Source of the DNA: Candidatus Sulfotelmatobacter sp.
GTDB lineage: Bacteria > Methylomirabilota > Methylomirabilia > Methylomirabilales > DASPOZ01
NCBI GenBank assembly: GCA_035625755.1
Contig: DASPOZ010000194.1
Span: 1-12,859, forward strand
Direction: 5' to 3'
Length of the DNA stretch: 12,859 nucleotides
Part shown: positions 1 to 7,054 of the stretch, one piece after another
Layout: each line of letters starts with the position of its first letter
Numbering within the stretch: the first letter of the stretch is position 1
Program-made: the position numbers and the translations under genes
Notes under the pieces: generated by a model
Told to the model about the DNA's origin: nothing
Database searches by the model: none
What the model saw: only the letters and a program-made list of their open reading frames with translations

Positions 1-59
1 TCCACCGGAACGCCCCGTGAGGCGGCGTCCGCGGAGAGCGGAATGTCTTTGCTTGCCAT
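1..59 (-). CDS. Possible 5' end of a gene running leftwards off the window (MASKDIPLSADAASRGVPV...). Only 19 codons are visible.
   Basis: ATG at 57-59 (minus strand) preceded by GAGGA (reverse complement of 64-68) at a good spacing. GC3 is about 70%, consistent with coding in this genome. No domain is identifiable from 19 residues. Confidence 0.25.
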   Translation of the reverse strand, partial: MASKDIPLSADAASRGVPV

Positions 60-456
60 AGTTCCTCGCCTGACGAAACGTCCAGGCAAGACGAGGCGCA
101 AGGACGGGGCGCGCCCTCCCAGGGGCAGGAAAATCTCGGCGCGGAGGCAACAAACCGGGGCGGCTCTGCCGATCGAAACCCGGGGCGCAAAATTGGCATC
201 TTACATCTAATATAGGTCCTTTCCACAGCCCGTCAACGATCCCGCCAGACCCGGCCCTGGCGACACCACCTTCGGGGCTGTCGGCTCCTCCGCATGAGCA
301 CGAACGCCCCGCCGGGGGATCCAAGTCCCCGGTGGGGCGTCCGTGGCCCGACAGGCCGGGCCGCGCGGGCGATCGACCATACGAGATCGCTAGAAGATGT
401 TTCGATGGGTGGCGCCGGGGCCCCGCGGGGAAAGCCCACGAGCCCCCGGCGCGGAG

Positions 457-1269
457 TTACGTCCCCTTCCCTTGGCTGCCCCCGGCCGCGGCCCGCCGCC
501 GCTGCAGGAAGGACCGGAGGAGGCTGAAGGGGATCGGGAAGGCGATGGTGGAGTTCTTTTCGGTCCCGATCTGGGTGAGGGTCTGCAGGTAGCGGAGCTG
601 GACGGTTACCGGCTCCGACGCCACGATGCGGCCGGCCTGGGAGAGCTTCGTGGCGGCCTGCAGCTCGCCCTCGGCGTGGATGACCTTGGCCCGCTTCTCC
701 CGTTCGGCCTCGGCCTGCATGGCCATGGCGCGGCGCATCGCCGTGGGGAGGTCCACCTGCTTCACCTCCACCACCCCCACCTTGACGCCCCAGGGCTCCG
801 TGTGGGCATCGATGATCTGCTGGAGGCGCTGGTTGATCCGCTCCCGCTCCGCCAGCAGCTCGTCCAGCTCCGACTGGCCCAGCACGCTCCGCAGGGTGGT
901 CTGGGCGATCTGCGCCGTGGCGAAGAGGTAGTCCTCCACCTCCATGACGGCCAGCTCGAAATCGATGACGCGGAAGTAGATGACCGCGCTCACCTTGACG
1001 GAGACGTTGTCCCGGGTGATCACGTCTTGCGCGGGCACCTCCATCACGACCGTCCGCAGGCTCACCCGCACCGGCCGGTCGATGATCGGGATCAGGAGGA
1101 TCAGCCCGGGGCCGTTGCCGGCGCCGCCCAGGTTGATCAGCGCGCGGGCCTTGCGGCCCAGGCGGAAGACCACCGCCCGCTCGTACTCCCGCAGCACCTG
1201 CACCGACGCCCGCAGGATATACAAGGCCAGTGCCACCAGGATGAGGATGGAGAAGATGCCGGCTTCCAT
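457..1269 (-). CDS. SPFH/band-7 (stomatin/prohibitin-like) membrane protein, 270 aa
   Basis: N-terminal transmembrane helix ([15 protein letters not shown]). It is followed by a typical SPFH core ([37 protein letters not shown]). A C-terminal coiled-coil Ala/Glu/Arg-rich stretch ([25 protein letters not shown]) follows. ATG at 1267-1269 with GGGAGGGA RBS on the minus strand (reverse complement of 1273-1280). Confidence 0.9.
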   Translation of the reverse strand: MEAGIFSILILVALALYILRASVQVLREYERAVVFRLGRKARALINLGGAGNGPGLILLIPIIDRPVRVSLRTVVMEVPAQDVITRDNVSVKVSAVIYFRVIDFELAVMEVEDYLFATAQIAQTTLRSVLGQSELDELLAERERINQRLQQIIDAHTEPWGVKVGVVEVKQVDLPTAMRRAMAMQAEAEREKRAKVIHAEGELQAATKLSQAGRIVASEPVTVQLRYLQTLTQIGTEKNSTIAFPIPFSLLRSFLQRRRAAAGGSQGKGT

Positions 1270-1335
1270 GCGCTCCCTCCCGCCGGAACCACCCGGACGC
1301 CAGTGGAGTTATACCATGGTTCACGCCCGCCCGAA

Positions 1336-1371
1336 TAGGGGCCCCGCCCGGGGTTCCTCGCCCGGCCCCTT
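1336..1371. promoter_or_regulatory. Inverted repeat AGGGGCC-N22-GGCCCCT in the divergent SPFH/CDC48 intergenic region. A TATAAA -10-like box lies downstream at 1381-1386.
   Basis: Dyad seen directly in the sequence. TATAAA lies 26 nt upstream of the CDC48 ATG. No convincing -35 box. Confidence 0.25.
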
Positions 1372-1411
1372 TCTGCTAGTATAAAGCGCCGGGCGCGCAA
1401 GGAGCGAGGGG

Positions 1412-3694
1412 ATGCAGGACACCCAGGTCTTGGAAGGTCTTCGCCTCAAGGTGGCCGAAGCGGGCCAGGAAGACGTGGGGCGGGGCATCGTGCGCATCAC
1501 CGAGGCGGCCTTCGCCGCCCTGGAGATGGAGCGCGGCCAGATCGTGTCCATCGTGGGCGAGCGGGAGACGGCCGCCCAGGTGGCGGCCGCCCGCTCGGCG
1601 GACCAGGGGCTGGACGTGATCCGGATGGACGGCGTGATCCGCACCAACGCCCGCGCCAGTATCGGCGACTACGTGCAGGTGCGCAAGGCCCTCTGGCGGG
1701 AGGCCGAGAAGGTCACGCTGGCGCCGACCCGCAAGGGCATCCGCGTGGTGGCCCCGGGGGAGGCCCTGCGCCAGGCGCTCATCTACCGCCCGGTGGTGAA
1801 GGGCGACCTGATCACGGCCGGCACGGCCCAGCGCCCGCGGGAGATCCTGCCGCCCGGCATGTACCCGGAGGAGCTGCTGCGCGGCTTCCTGGGGTCGCTG
1901 GCCATCGGGCTGGGCGAGGTGCGGCTGATCGTGGCGGCCACGACCCCCTCCGGCATCGTCCGCATCACCGCCCAGACCGAGGTGGAGCTGCTCCCCGAGT
2001 ACGTGGAGACGAAGGAGGCCCGGGTCCCGGACATCACCTACGACGACATCGGCGGGCTGGGGGACGTGATCAACGAGATCCGCGAGGTCGTCGAATTGCC
2101 CCTCAAGCACCCGGAGCTGTTCGACCGCCTGGGGATCACGCCCCCCAAGGGCGTCCTCCTGAGCGGCCCGCCGGGGACCGGCAAGACCCTGCTGGCGCAG
2201 GCCCTGGCCAACGAGGCCAAGGCCCACTTCGCCTCCATCAACGGGCCCGAGATCATGGGGCGCTTCTACGGGGAATCGGAGGAGCGCCTGCGGGCCATCT
2301 TTCAGGAGGGCATGGAGCACCCGCCCGCCATCATCTTCATCGACGAGCTGGACTCCATCGCCCCCAAGCGCGAGGCGGTGACGGGGGAGGTGGAGCGCCG
2401 CGTGGTGGCCCAGCTCCTCACCCTGATGGACGGGCTGACGCCGCGGGGGAACGTCATCGTCATCGGGGCCACCAACCGGGTGAGCGCCGTGGATCTCGCC
2501 CTGCGCCGCCCCGGCCGGTTCGACCGGGAGATCGAGCTGCACGTCCCGGACCGGCACGGCCGCCGCCAGATCCTCACCATCCACACGCGGGCCATGCCCC
2601 TGGCCCCCGACGTGAACCTGGACTGGGTGGCGGACCTCACCCACGGCTGCGTGGGGGCGGACCTGGCCGCCCTCTGCCGCGAGGCCGCCCTGAGCGCCCT
2701 GCGGCGGATCCTGCCGGAGCTGGACCTGACGCTGGAGACCATCCCCCCGGAGATCCTGCAGCGGCTGGTGGTGGCCCACCAGGACTTCAGCCAGGCCCTC
2801 CACAAGATTCGCCCCTCGGCCCTGCGCGAGCTGCTCATCGAGGTGCCCCGCGTCACGTGGCACGATATCGGCGGCCTGGCCGACGTGAAACGGGCCCTGC
2901 GCGAGACGGTGGAGCTGCCCCTCACGCATCCCCAGGCCTTCCTGCGCCTGGGGATCAAGGCCCCCAAGGGCGTGCTCCTCTACGGGCCGCCGGGGACCGG
3001 GAAGACTTTGCTGGCCAAGGCCGTTGCCAACGAGGCGCGGGCCAACTTCATGCTGGCCAAGGGGAGCGACCTGCTCTCCAAATGGTACGGCGAGTCCGAA
3101 CAGCGCATCCGCGAGTTCTTCGCCAAGGCGCGCCAGGTGGCGCCCGCCATCGTGTTCTTCGACGAGGTGGACGCCCTGTTCCCCCGGCGGGGGATGGCGG
3201 CGGGCGAGCCCCACGTCACCGAGCGGATCGTGAACCAGCTCCTCTCGGAACTGGACGGGCTGGAGGAGCTGCGGGGGGTGGTGATCCTCGGGGCCACCAA
3301 TCGGCCGGACCTGCTGGACCCGGCCCTCCTGCGCCCCGGCCGTTTCGACGCCCTGGTGTACGTGCCGGTGCCGGACGCCGCGGCCCGCCGCGAGATCCTG
3401 GCCGTTCACACCAAGCCCATGGCCCTGGCCCCCGATGTGAACCTGGCGGATCTCGTGCGGCGCACCGAGCGCTTCACCGGGGCGGACCTGGCGGCCCTCT
3501 GCATGAAGGCCGCGCAGCTCGCCCTGCGGATGGACCTGGAGGCCAAGGCCGTGACCCACGCCGACTTCCAGGCCGCGCTGCAGGAGATCCTCCCCTCCGT
3601 CACCGAGACCATGGAGCGCGAGTACGCCGAGGTGGGGAAGCGCCTGCGCCAGGCGGTGCCCCGGGGCGATGGCGGCCCCGGCCATTACCTGTAG
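1412..3694 (+). CDS. CDC48/VCP/p97-like AAA+ ATPase with N-domain and two AAA modules (D1, D2), 760 aa
   Basis: Two Walker A motifs GPPGTGKT, at residues ~243 and ~524. Two Walker B motifs (IIFIDELD, IVFFDEVD). Two second-region-of-homology stretches (GATNR...). N-terminal double-psi barrel-like region. RBS AAGGAGCGAGGGG lies upstream of ATG 1412. Stop TAG 3692-3694. Confidence 0.93.
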   Translation: MQDTQVLEGLRLKVAEAGQEDVGRGIVRITEAAFAALEMERGQIVSIVGERETAAQVAAARSADQGLDVIRMDGVIRTNARASIGDYVQVRKALWREAEKVTLAPTRKGIRVVAPGEALRQALIYRPVVKGDLITAGTAQRPREILPPGMYPEELLRGFLGSLAIGLGEVRLIVAATTPSGIVRITAQTEVELLPEYVETKEARVPDITYDDIGGLGDVINEIREVVELPLKHPELFDRLGITPPKGVLLSGPPGTGKTLLAQALANEAKAHFASINGPEIMGRFYGESEERLRAIFQEGMEHPPAIIFIDELDSIAPKREAVTGEVERRVVAQLLTLMDGLTPRGNVIVIGATNRVSAVDLALRRPGRFDREIELHVPDRHGRRQILTIHTRAMPLAPDVNLDWVADLTHGCVGADLAALCREAALSALRRILPELDLTLETIPPEILQRLVVAHQDFSQALHKIRPSALRELLIEVPRVTWHDIGGLADVKRALRETVELPLTHPQAFLRLGIKAPKGVLLYGPPGTGKTLLAKAVANEARANFMLAKGSDLLSKWYGESEQRIREFFAKARQVAPAIVFFDEVDALFPRRGMAAGEPHVTERIVNQLLSELDGLEELRGVVILGATNRPDLLDPALLRPGRFDALVYVPVPDAAARREILAVHTKPMALAPDVNLADLVRRTERFTGADLAALCMKAAQLALRMDLEAKAVTHADFQAALQEILPSVTETMEREYAEVGKRLRQAVPRGDGGPGHYL

Positions 3695-3848
3695 CAGGCT
3701 GCTGAAAAAGGCCCAGCATCTCCTCCCGCTTCCTCGGCGGCAGCGGGTGGGGCGTTGGCGGCCTCGCGCACTCCCTGCGGCGTACCCGGAGTACGCCTCA
3801 GTCGGCGCTTCGCGCGCCGCCTTGCATCTGGACCTTTTTGAGCAGCCC
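3692..3848 (-). mobile_element. MITE-like repeat, copy 1, ~157 bp, in orientation B. Its right end is degenerate.
   Basis: Left terminus TAGCAGGCTGCTGAAAAAGGCCCAGCATC and right terminus GCATCTGGACCTTTTTGAGCAGCC form a ~25-bp inverted repeat. The interior carries the GC box (GCGCGCCGCCTTGC) and the hairpin CCCGCTTCCTCGGCGGCAGCGGG. It aligns end-to-end with copies 2, 3, 4 and 6. Its first three bases are the CDC48 stop codon. Confidence 0.8.
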
Positions 3849-3979
3849 GGGAGAGAACCGGATTTTCAGCATCCTGCGAGGCGTTGGGGGTGGGGGGTCG
3901 GAGTGGCAATACCTACGAGGCCTGCTCCGATGTGTCTCCCCGGCCCCTGACCCCCGGTCCCCAACTCCGCCCGGCATCA

Positions 3980-4008
3980 TTGACGGCCGCGGGGTTCGGT
4001 GCTAGGGT
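3980..4008 (+). promoter_or_regulatory. Sigma70-like promoter: -35 TTGACG (3980-3985), 17-nt spacer, -10 TAGGGT (4003-4008)
   Basis: Hexamers and spacing read directly from the sequence. It lies ~25 nt upstream of the GTG start of the small ORF at 4033. Confidence 0.4.
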
Positions 4009-4032
4009 CCTACCGAAGGTTGGAGCAGGCCG

Positions 4033-4278
4033 GTGGCACACAGCGGGGCGTACGAGCGGCGGCGGCGGGTTGCCATCGAGGCACTCTGGGAGAATGTCTG
4101 CGCGTTCCGCGCCACCCTCCGCACGGTGCCTCCCGCCGTGCGGGACATCGCCATCGAAACGTTCGAAACCGAGGCGGCCCGCCTCCTGGGCCCGGGCTCC
4201 CCGCTCCTGAAAGAGATGGTTCACGCCCTCCGCCGCGGCCTGCCCGGCGCCCCGAAACCCACGGTCCACCGCGCGTAA
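4033..4278 (+). CDS. Hypothetical small protein, 81 aa, GTG start
   Basis: High-GC3 open frame with an upstream promoter-like -35/-10 pair and a GGAG-containing leader. No recognisable motif. It lies between two inverted MITE copies. It could be a gene fragment. Confidence 0.35.
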   Translation: MAHSGAYERRRRVAIEALWENVCAFRATLRTVPPAVRDIAIETFETEAARLLGPGSPLLKEMVHALRRGLPGAPKPTVHRA

Positions 4279-4498
4279 CCACTGCCTCGGCTCCTCCCGC
4301 AAATCTCCCTTTTCGGTCGGCTCCACCGCCGCCCTTGCATCCGGCCCGGCCCAGCGCTGCCCCTGGACGAAGCTCGCCCCCCGTCCCACCTTACAGTATG
4401 AGGGTCTATTCCAAGAACTGGCGCGAGATCTGCTCCGACTCGAAGGGCGTGGACGTTCTGGGACAGGCCCTAACAGGATGCGGAACAGTCCGTGTTCG

Positions 4499-4688
4499 GA
4501 CAGGCCGCTCAAAAAGGTCCAGATGCAAGGCGGCGCGCGATGGGCCGAGTGAGGCGTACGCCGGGTACGCCGCAGCGCCACCGCTGCCACAACGTCGGCA
4601 GCGGGAAATTGTCCGAGCCCGCCAACGCCCCACCCGCTGCCGCCGAGGCAGCGGGAAGAGATGTCGGGCCTTTTTCAGCGGCCTGCTA
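4499..4688 (+). mobile_element. MITE-like repeat, copy 2, ~190 bp, in orientation A. It carries an extra internal hairpin module.
   Basis: Left end CAGGCCGCTCAAAAAGGTCCAGATGCAAGGCGGCGCGCGA. Right end GATGTCGGGCCTTTTTCAGCGGCCTGCTA. Two internal hairpins: CCGCTGCCACAACGTCGGCAGCGG and CCCGCTGCCGCCGAGGCAGCGGG. Both terminal repeats share the CTG-to-CCG variant. Confidence 0.8.
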
Positions 4689-4699
4689 AATGGGCGGCC

Positions 4700-5569
4700 A
4701 TGGAGAACCGGGACATCGCGCGGCACCTAGACGAGGTGGCGGAGCTGCTTGCCCTGCAAGTCGAGAATCCGTTCCGGGTGGCGGCCTACCGCCGGGCCGC
4801 GGCGACGCTCCGGGGCCTGGGCCGGCGCGCGGAGGAGGTGGTGCGCGCCGAGGGGCGCACGGGCCTCACCCGGCTGGTGGGCATCGGGGACTCGCTGGCC
4901 GCGAGCATCGAGGAACTGGTGGTCACCGGGCGTCTGGCCCTCCTGGACCGGCTACGCGGCCGGACGGACCCCGAGGCGCTCCTGGCCGGCGTGCCGGGCA
5001 TCGGCCCGAAGACCGCCCACCGGATCCACCAGCATCTGGGGATCGCCACGCTGGAAGACCTGGAGCTGGCCGCCCACGACGGTCGCCTGCGTGCCCTGGG
5101 CGGCTTCGGCCCCAAGCGGACCCAGGGCCTGCGGGATGCCCTTTCCGGCCGCCTGCGCCGGCGCCCCCAGCCGACCCCGCCCGCCCCACCGCCCCCCGAA
5201 GAGCCCTCCGTGGCCGAGTTGCTGGACGTGGACGCCGAGTACCGCCACAAGGCCGGCCGCGGCGCGCTCCCCACCATCGCCCCCCGTCGGTTCAACCCGG
5301 CCGGCGAGGCCTGGCTTCCCATCCTCCACACGGAGCGGGAACGCGCCCGCTACACGGCCCTCTTCTCCAACACCGCCCGCGCCCACGAGCTGGGAGCCAC
5401 GCGGGACTGGGTAGTGATCTACTTCGACGACGGCGTCGCGGAGAGGCAATGCACGGTGGTGACGGAACGGCGGGGGCCGCTGGCCGGCCGGAGGGTGGTG
5501 CGGGGGCGCGAGCCCGAATGCCGCGACCACTACGCCGCCGAAGGTGCAGGGACGCCCCGCGCCGCGTAG
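4700..5569 (+). CDS. DNA polymerase X family N-terminal-like helix-hairpin-helix DNA-binding protein, 289 aa. It has the 8-kDa-like and fingers-like domains but no palm. A Pro-rich linker joins these to an uncharacterised C-terminal domain.
   Basis: MENRDIARHLDEVAELLALQVENPFRVAAYRRAAATL matches the Pol X / Pol beta N-terminal helix pattern (N-EIA..L.EIA.LLEL.GENPF-RAYR-AA). Two HhH motifs (GIGDSLAASI, GIGPKTAHRI) are followed by a GGFGPKRTQGL segment. A PTPPAPPPPEEP linker follows, then ~110 aa with no recognisable motif. The start was chosen at ATG 4700 (M-E-N) rather than 4661, because 4661-4688 lies inside the MITE terminal repeat. Stop TAG 5567-5569. Confidence 0.72.
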   Translation: MENRDIARHLDEVAELLALQVENPFRVAAYRRAAATLRGLGRRAEEVVRAEGRTGLTRLVGIGDSLAASIEELVVTGRLALLDRLRGRTDPEALLAGVPGIGPKTAHRIHQHLGIATLEDLELAAHDGRLRALGGFGPKRTQGLRDALSGRLRRRPQPTPPAPPPPEEPSVAELLDVDAEYRHKAGRGALPTIAPRRFNPAGEAWLPILHTERERARYTALFSNTARAHELGATRDWVVIYFDDGVAERQCTVVTERRGPLAGRRVVRGREPECRDHYAAEGAGTPRAA

Positions 5570-5784
5570 CAGGCTGCTGAAAAAGGCCCAGCATCTCTCC
5601 GCGCCGCCTCGACGGCAGCGGGTGGGGCGTTGGCGCGCTCGGACAATTTCCCGCTGCCGACGTTGCGGCAGCGGTGGCGCTGCAGCGTCCCCGGCCCTCC
5701 CATTCCGCAATCCGCATTCCGCATTCCGCAATGGGGGGCGCCGCCTTGCACCTGGACCTTCTTGAGCAGCCTGCCCGGAAGGGG
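5567..5784 (-). mobile_element. MITE-like repeat, copy 3, ~218 bp, in orientation B. It carries the extra hairpin and the heptad array.
   Basis: Termini TAGCAGGCTGCTGAAAAAGGCCCAGCATC ... CCTGGACCTTCTTGAGCAGCCTGC. Hairpins CGACGGCAGCGGG and CCCGCTGCCGACGTTGCGGCAGCGG. GC box GCGCCGCCTTGC. The first three bases are the stop codon of the HhH gene. Confidence 0.8.
5711..5738. repeat. Tandem heptad array ATTCCGC-AATCCGC-ATTCCGC-ATTCCGC inside MITE copy 3
   Basis: Four direct 7-bp units read directly. The same array is present, reverse-complemented, in copy 6. Confidence 0.85.
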
Positions 5785-5824
5785 GTTCTTCAGCGAGTCT
5801 GTCGGCGTGCCGCTGGAGGGCGCA

Positions 5825-6781
5825 TCATGGCTCGACCATCCGGAGGATGCCTAGCACCGACCGCCGCGCATCCAGGCGGTGGATGCCTTCGGCCGCCGCT
5901 GCCGCCACGGCCTCGCGGTACTCCGCGGCGGTGATGGGTCGGGCGATGGCCGGGTGGCGGAAGGCGAGGCCACAGGGGCGATACTGGTCCATGATGTTCA
6001 CGTAGGTGTTCCGCGAGATCTCCCGCGCCAGGAAGCGCATGACGGCGCGGGTGCCGGCCAGGCCGTTCGGCATCACCAGGTGGCGAACCAGCAGGCCCCT
6101 GCGCGCGATGCCGCGCTCGTCCAGCACCAGGTCTCCCACCTGCCGGTGCATCTCGCGCAGGGCCGCCTTGGCCACCTCGGGGTAGTCGGGGGCGTCCAGG
6201 TAGGTCGCCGCCGCCTCGGAATCGGCAAACTTGAAGTCCGGCATGTAGATATCCACGATGCCGTCCAGCATGCACAGCGTGGGGACGGCCTCGTAGCCCC
6301 CGCAGTTGTACACCAGCGGGACGCGCAGCCCCGCCGGCGCCGCCAGCGCCAGCGCCTCCAGGATCTGCGGCACCTGGTGGGTGGGGGTGACGAAATTGAT
6401 GTTGTGGCACCCCATCGCCTGGAGCCGCAGCATCATGGCGGCTAGGGCGCCCGGCTCTACCTCCTCCCCCTCCATCCCGTGGCTGATCTCGAAGTTCTGG
6501 CAGAAGACGCAGCGCAGGCTGCACGACGTGAAGAAGATGGTGCCGGAGCCGCCCCAGCCCACCAGCGGCTCCTCCTCGCCGAAGTGCGGGTTGAAGCTCG
6601 ACACCATGGCCTTCGCCCCCACCCGGCAGTCCCCCAATTCGCCCTCCAGCCGCGTGGCCGCGCACGCGCGCGGGCAGAGGCAGCATTCCCGCATCCGCCC
6701 GCGCGCCGCCGCCGCCCTCGCCCGCAGCTCCCCCGGCTCCAACGACAGGTAGGCCGGCGCCCACTTCTTGCCCGTCACCAC
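5825..6781 (-). CDS. Radical SAM enzyme, PflX-like (pyruvate formate-lyase activase-related, COG1313-type), 318 aa
   Basis: Radical-SAM CxxxCxxC motif (FTSCSLRCVFCQN). There is also an N-terminal Cys cluster, CCLCPRAC, which I recall as characteristic of PflX-type proteins. GTG start at 6779-6781 with a GGGGAGA RBS on the minus strand (reverse complement of 6787-6793). This frame was preferred over the overlapping 5790..6764 frame, which is Gly/Ala-rich and low-complexity. Confidence 0.85.
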   Translation of the reverse strand: MVTGKKWAPAYLSLEPGELRARAAAARGRMRECCLCPRACAATRLEGELGDCRVGAKAMVSSFNPHFGEEEPLVGWGGSGTIFFTSCSLRCVFCQNFEISHGMEGEEVEPGALAAMMLRLQAMGCHNINFVTPTHQVPQILEALALAAPAGLRVPLVYNCGGYEAVPTLCMLDGIVDIYMPDFKFADSEAAATYLDAPDYPEVAKAALREMHRQVGDLVLDERGIARRGLLVRHLVMPNGLAGTRAVMRFLAREISRNTYVNIMDQYRPCGLAFRHPAIARPITAAEYREAVAAAAAEGIHRLDARRSVLGILRMVEP

Positions 6782-6923
6782 GTCATCTCCCCAATCTGAA
6801 CATCCTCAGACCTGAATATGGCGCCACTCCCGCCATCGCGCCGCCCCGATCACCCGCGCGACCGGATCTTGGCGAGATCCGCGGCGCGACGCCGGCCTGG
6901 CCCGCCGCTGCGGCGGCGGGTCC

Positions 6924-7054
6924 TAGCAGGCTGCTCAAAAAGGTCCAAATGCAAGGCGGCGCGCGAAGGGCCGACTGAGGCGTACGCCGGGTACGCCGCA
7001 GGGAGTGCCCAAGCGCGCCAACGCCGCAGGTGGGCCTTTTTCAGCAGCCTGCTA
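6924..7054 (+). mobile_element. MITE-like repeat, copy 4, ~131 bp, in orientation A. This is the minimal form, with the central hairpin region shortened.
   Basis: TAGCAGGCTGCTCAAAAAGGTCCAAATGCAAGGCGGCGCGCGAAGGGCCGACTGAGGCGTACGCCGGGTACGCCGCAG ... GGTGGGCCTTTTTCAGCAGCCTGCTA. The interior carries near-palindromic GGCGTACGCC. The element is flanked by TA on both sides. Its last three bases, CTA, are the LysR stop codon on the minus strand. Confidence 0.8.

Noticed and set aside
180-232. AT-richer patch (AAAATTGGCATCTTACATCTAATATAGG) considered as a promoter
   Set aside because: A TATATT -10-like hexamer exists on the minus strand, but there is no acceptable -35 at a 16-18 bp spacing on either strand. 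Left as unassigned.
233-1324. 363-aa ORF on the minus strand, and the 313-aa ORF at 397-1338 on the plus strand
   Set aside because: Both overlap the SPFH gene in other frames. The products are Gly/Ala/Arg/Pro-rich and low-complexity with no motifs, which is the classic high-GC off-frame artefact.
1376-3685. 769-aa ORF antisense to the CDC48-like gene
   Set aside because: Antisense shadow ORF of a strongly supported gene. Its composition is dominated by G, R, P, L and A, with no motifs.
4661-4699. Upstream ATG at 4661 as the start of the HhH gene
   Set aside because: 4661-4688 is the right terminal repeat of MITE copy 2. The conserved Pol X N-terminal helix begins at M4700 (MENRDIA...), so 4700 was chosen.
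4406-4726. 106-aa minus-strand ORF and 65-aa plus-strand ORF (4492-4689) inside MITE copy 2. The same holds for the similar ORFs at 3669-3950, 3685-3909, 5530-5765 and 5544-5765.
   Set aside because: They lie entirely within the repeated element and are reproduced wherever the element occurs. They reflect repeat sequence, not conserved coding.
4690-5580. 296-aa and 221-aa alternative-frame ORFs over the HhH gene, and the minus-strand ORFs at 4786-5331 and 4952-5731
   Set aside because: Overlapping frames rich in Arg, Pro, Gly and Ala with no motifs. The HhH frame carries recognisable motifs.
5711-5738. Heptad arrays considered as a CRISPR array
   Set aside because: The units are 7 bp, contiguous and without spacers. 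They occur only inside the MITE copies.
5790-6764. 324-aa minus-strand ORF in a different frame from the radical SAM gene
   Set aside because: Gly/Ala/Arg low-complexity product. The chosen frame has CxxxCxxC and a good RBS.
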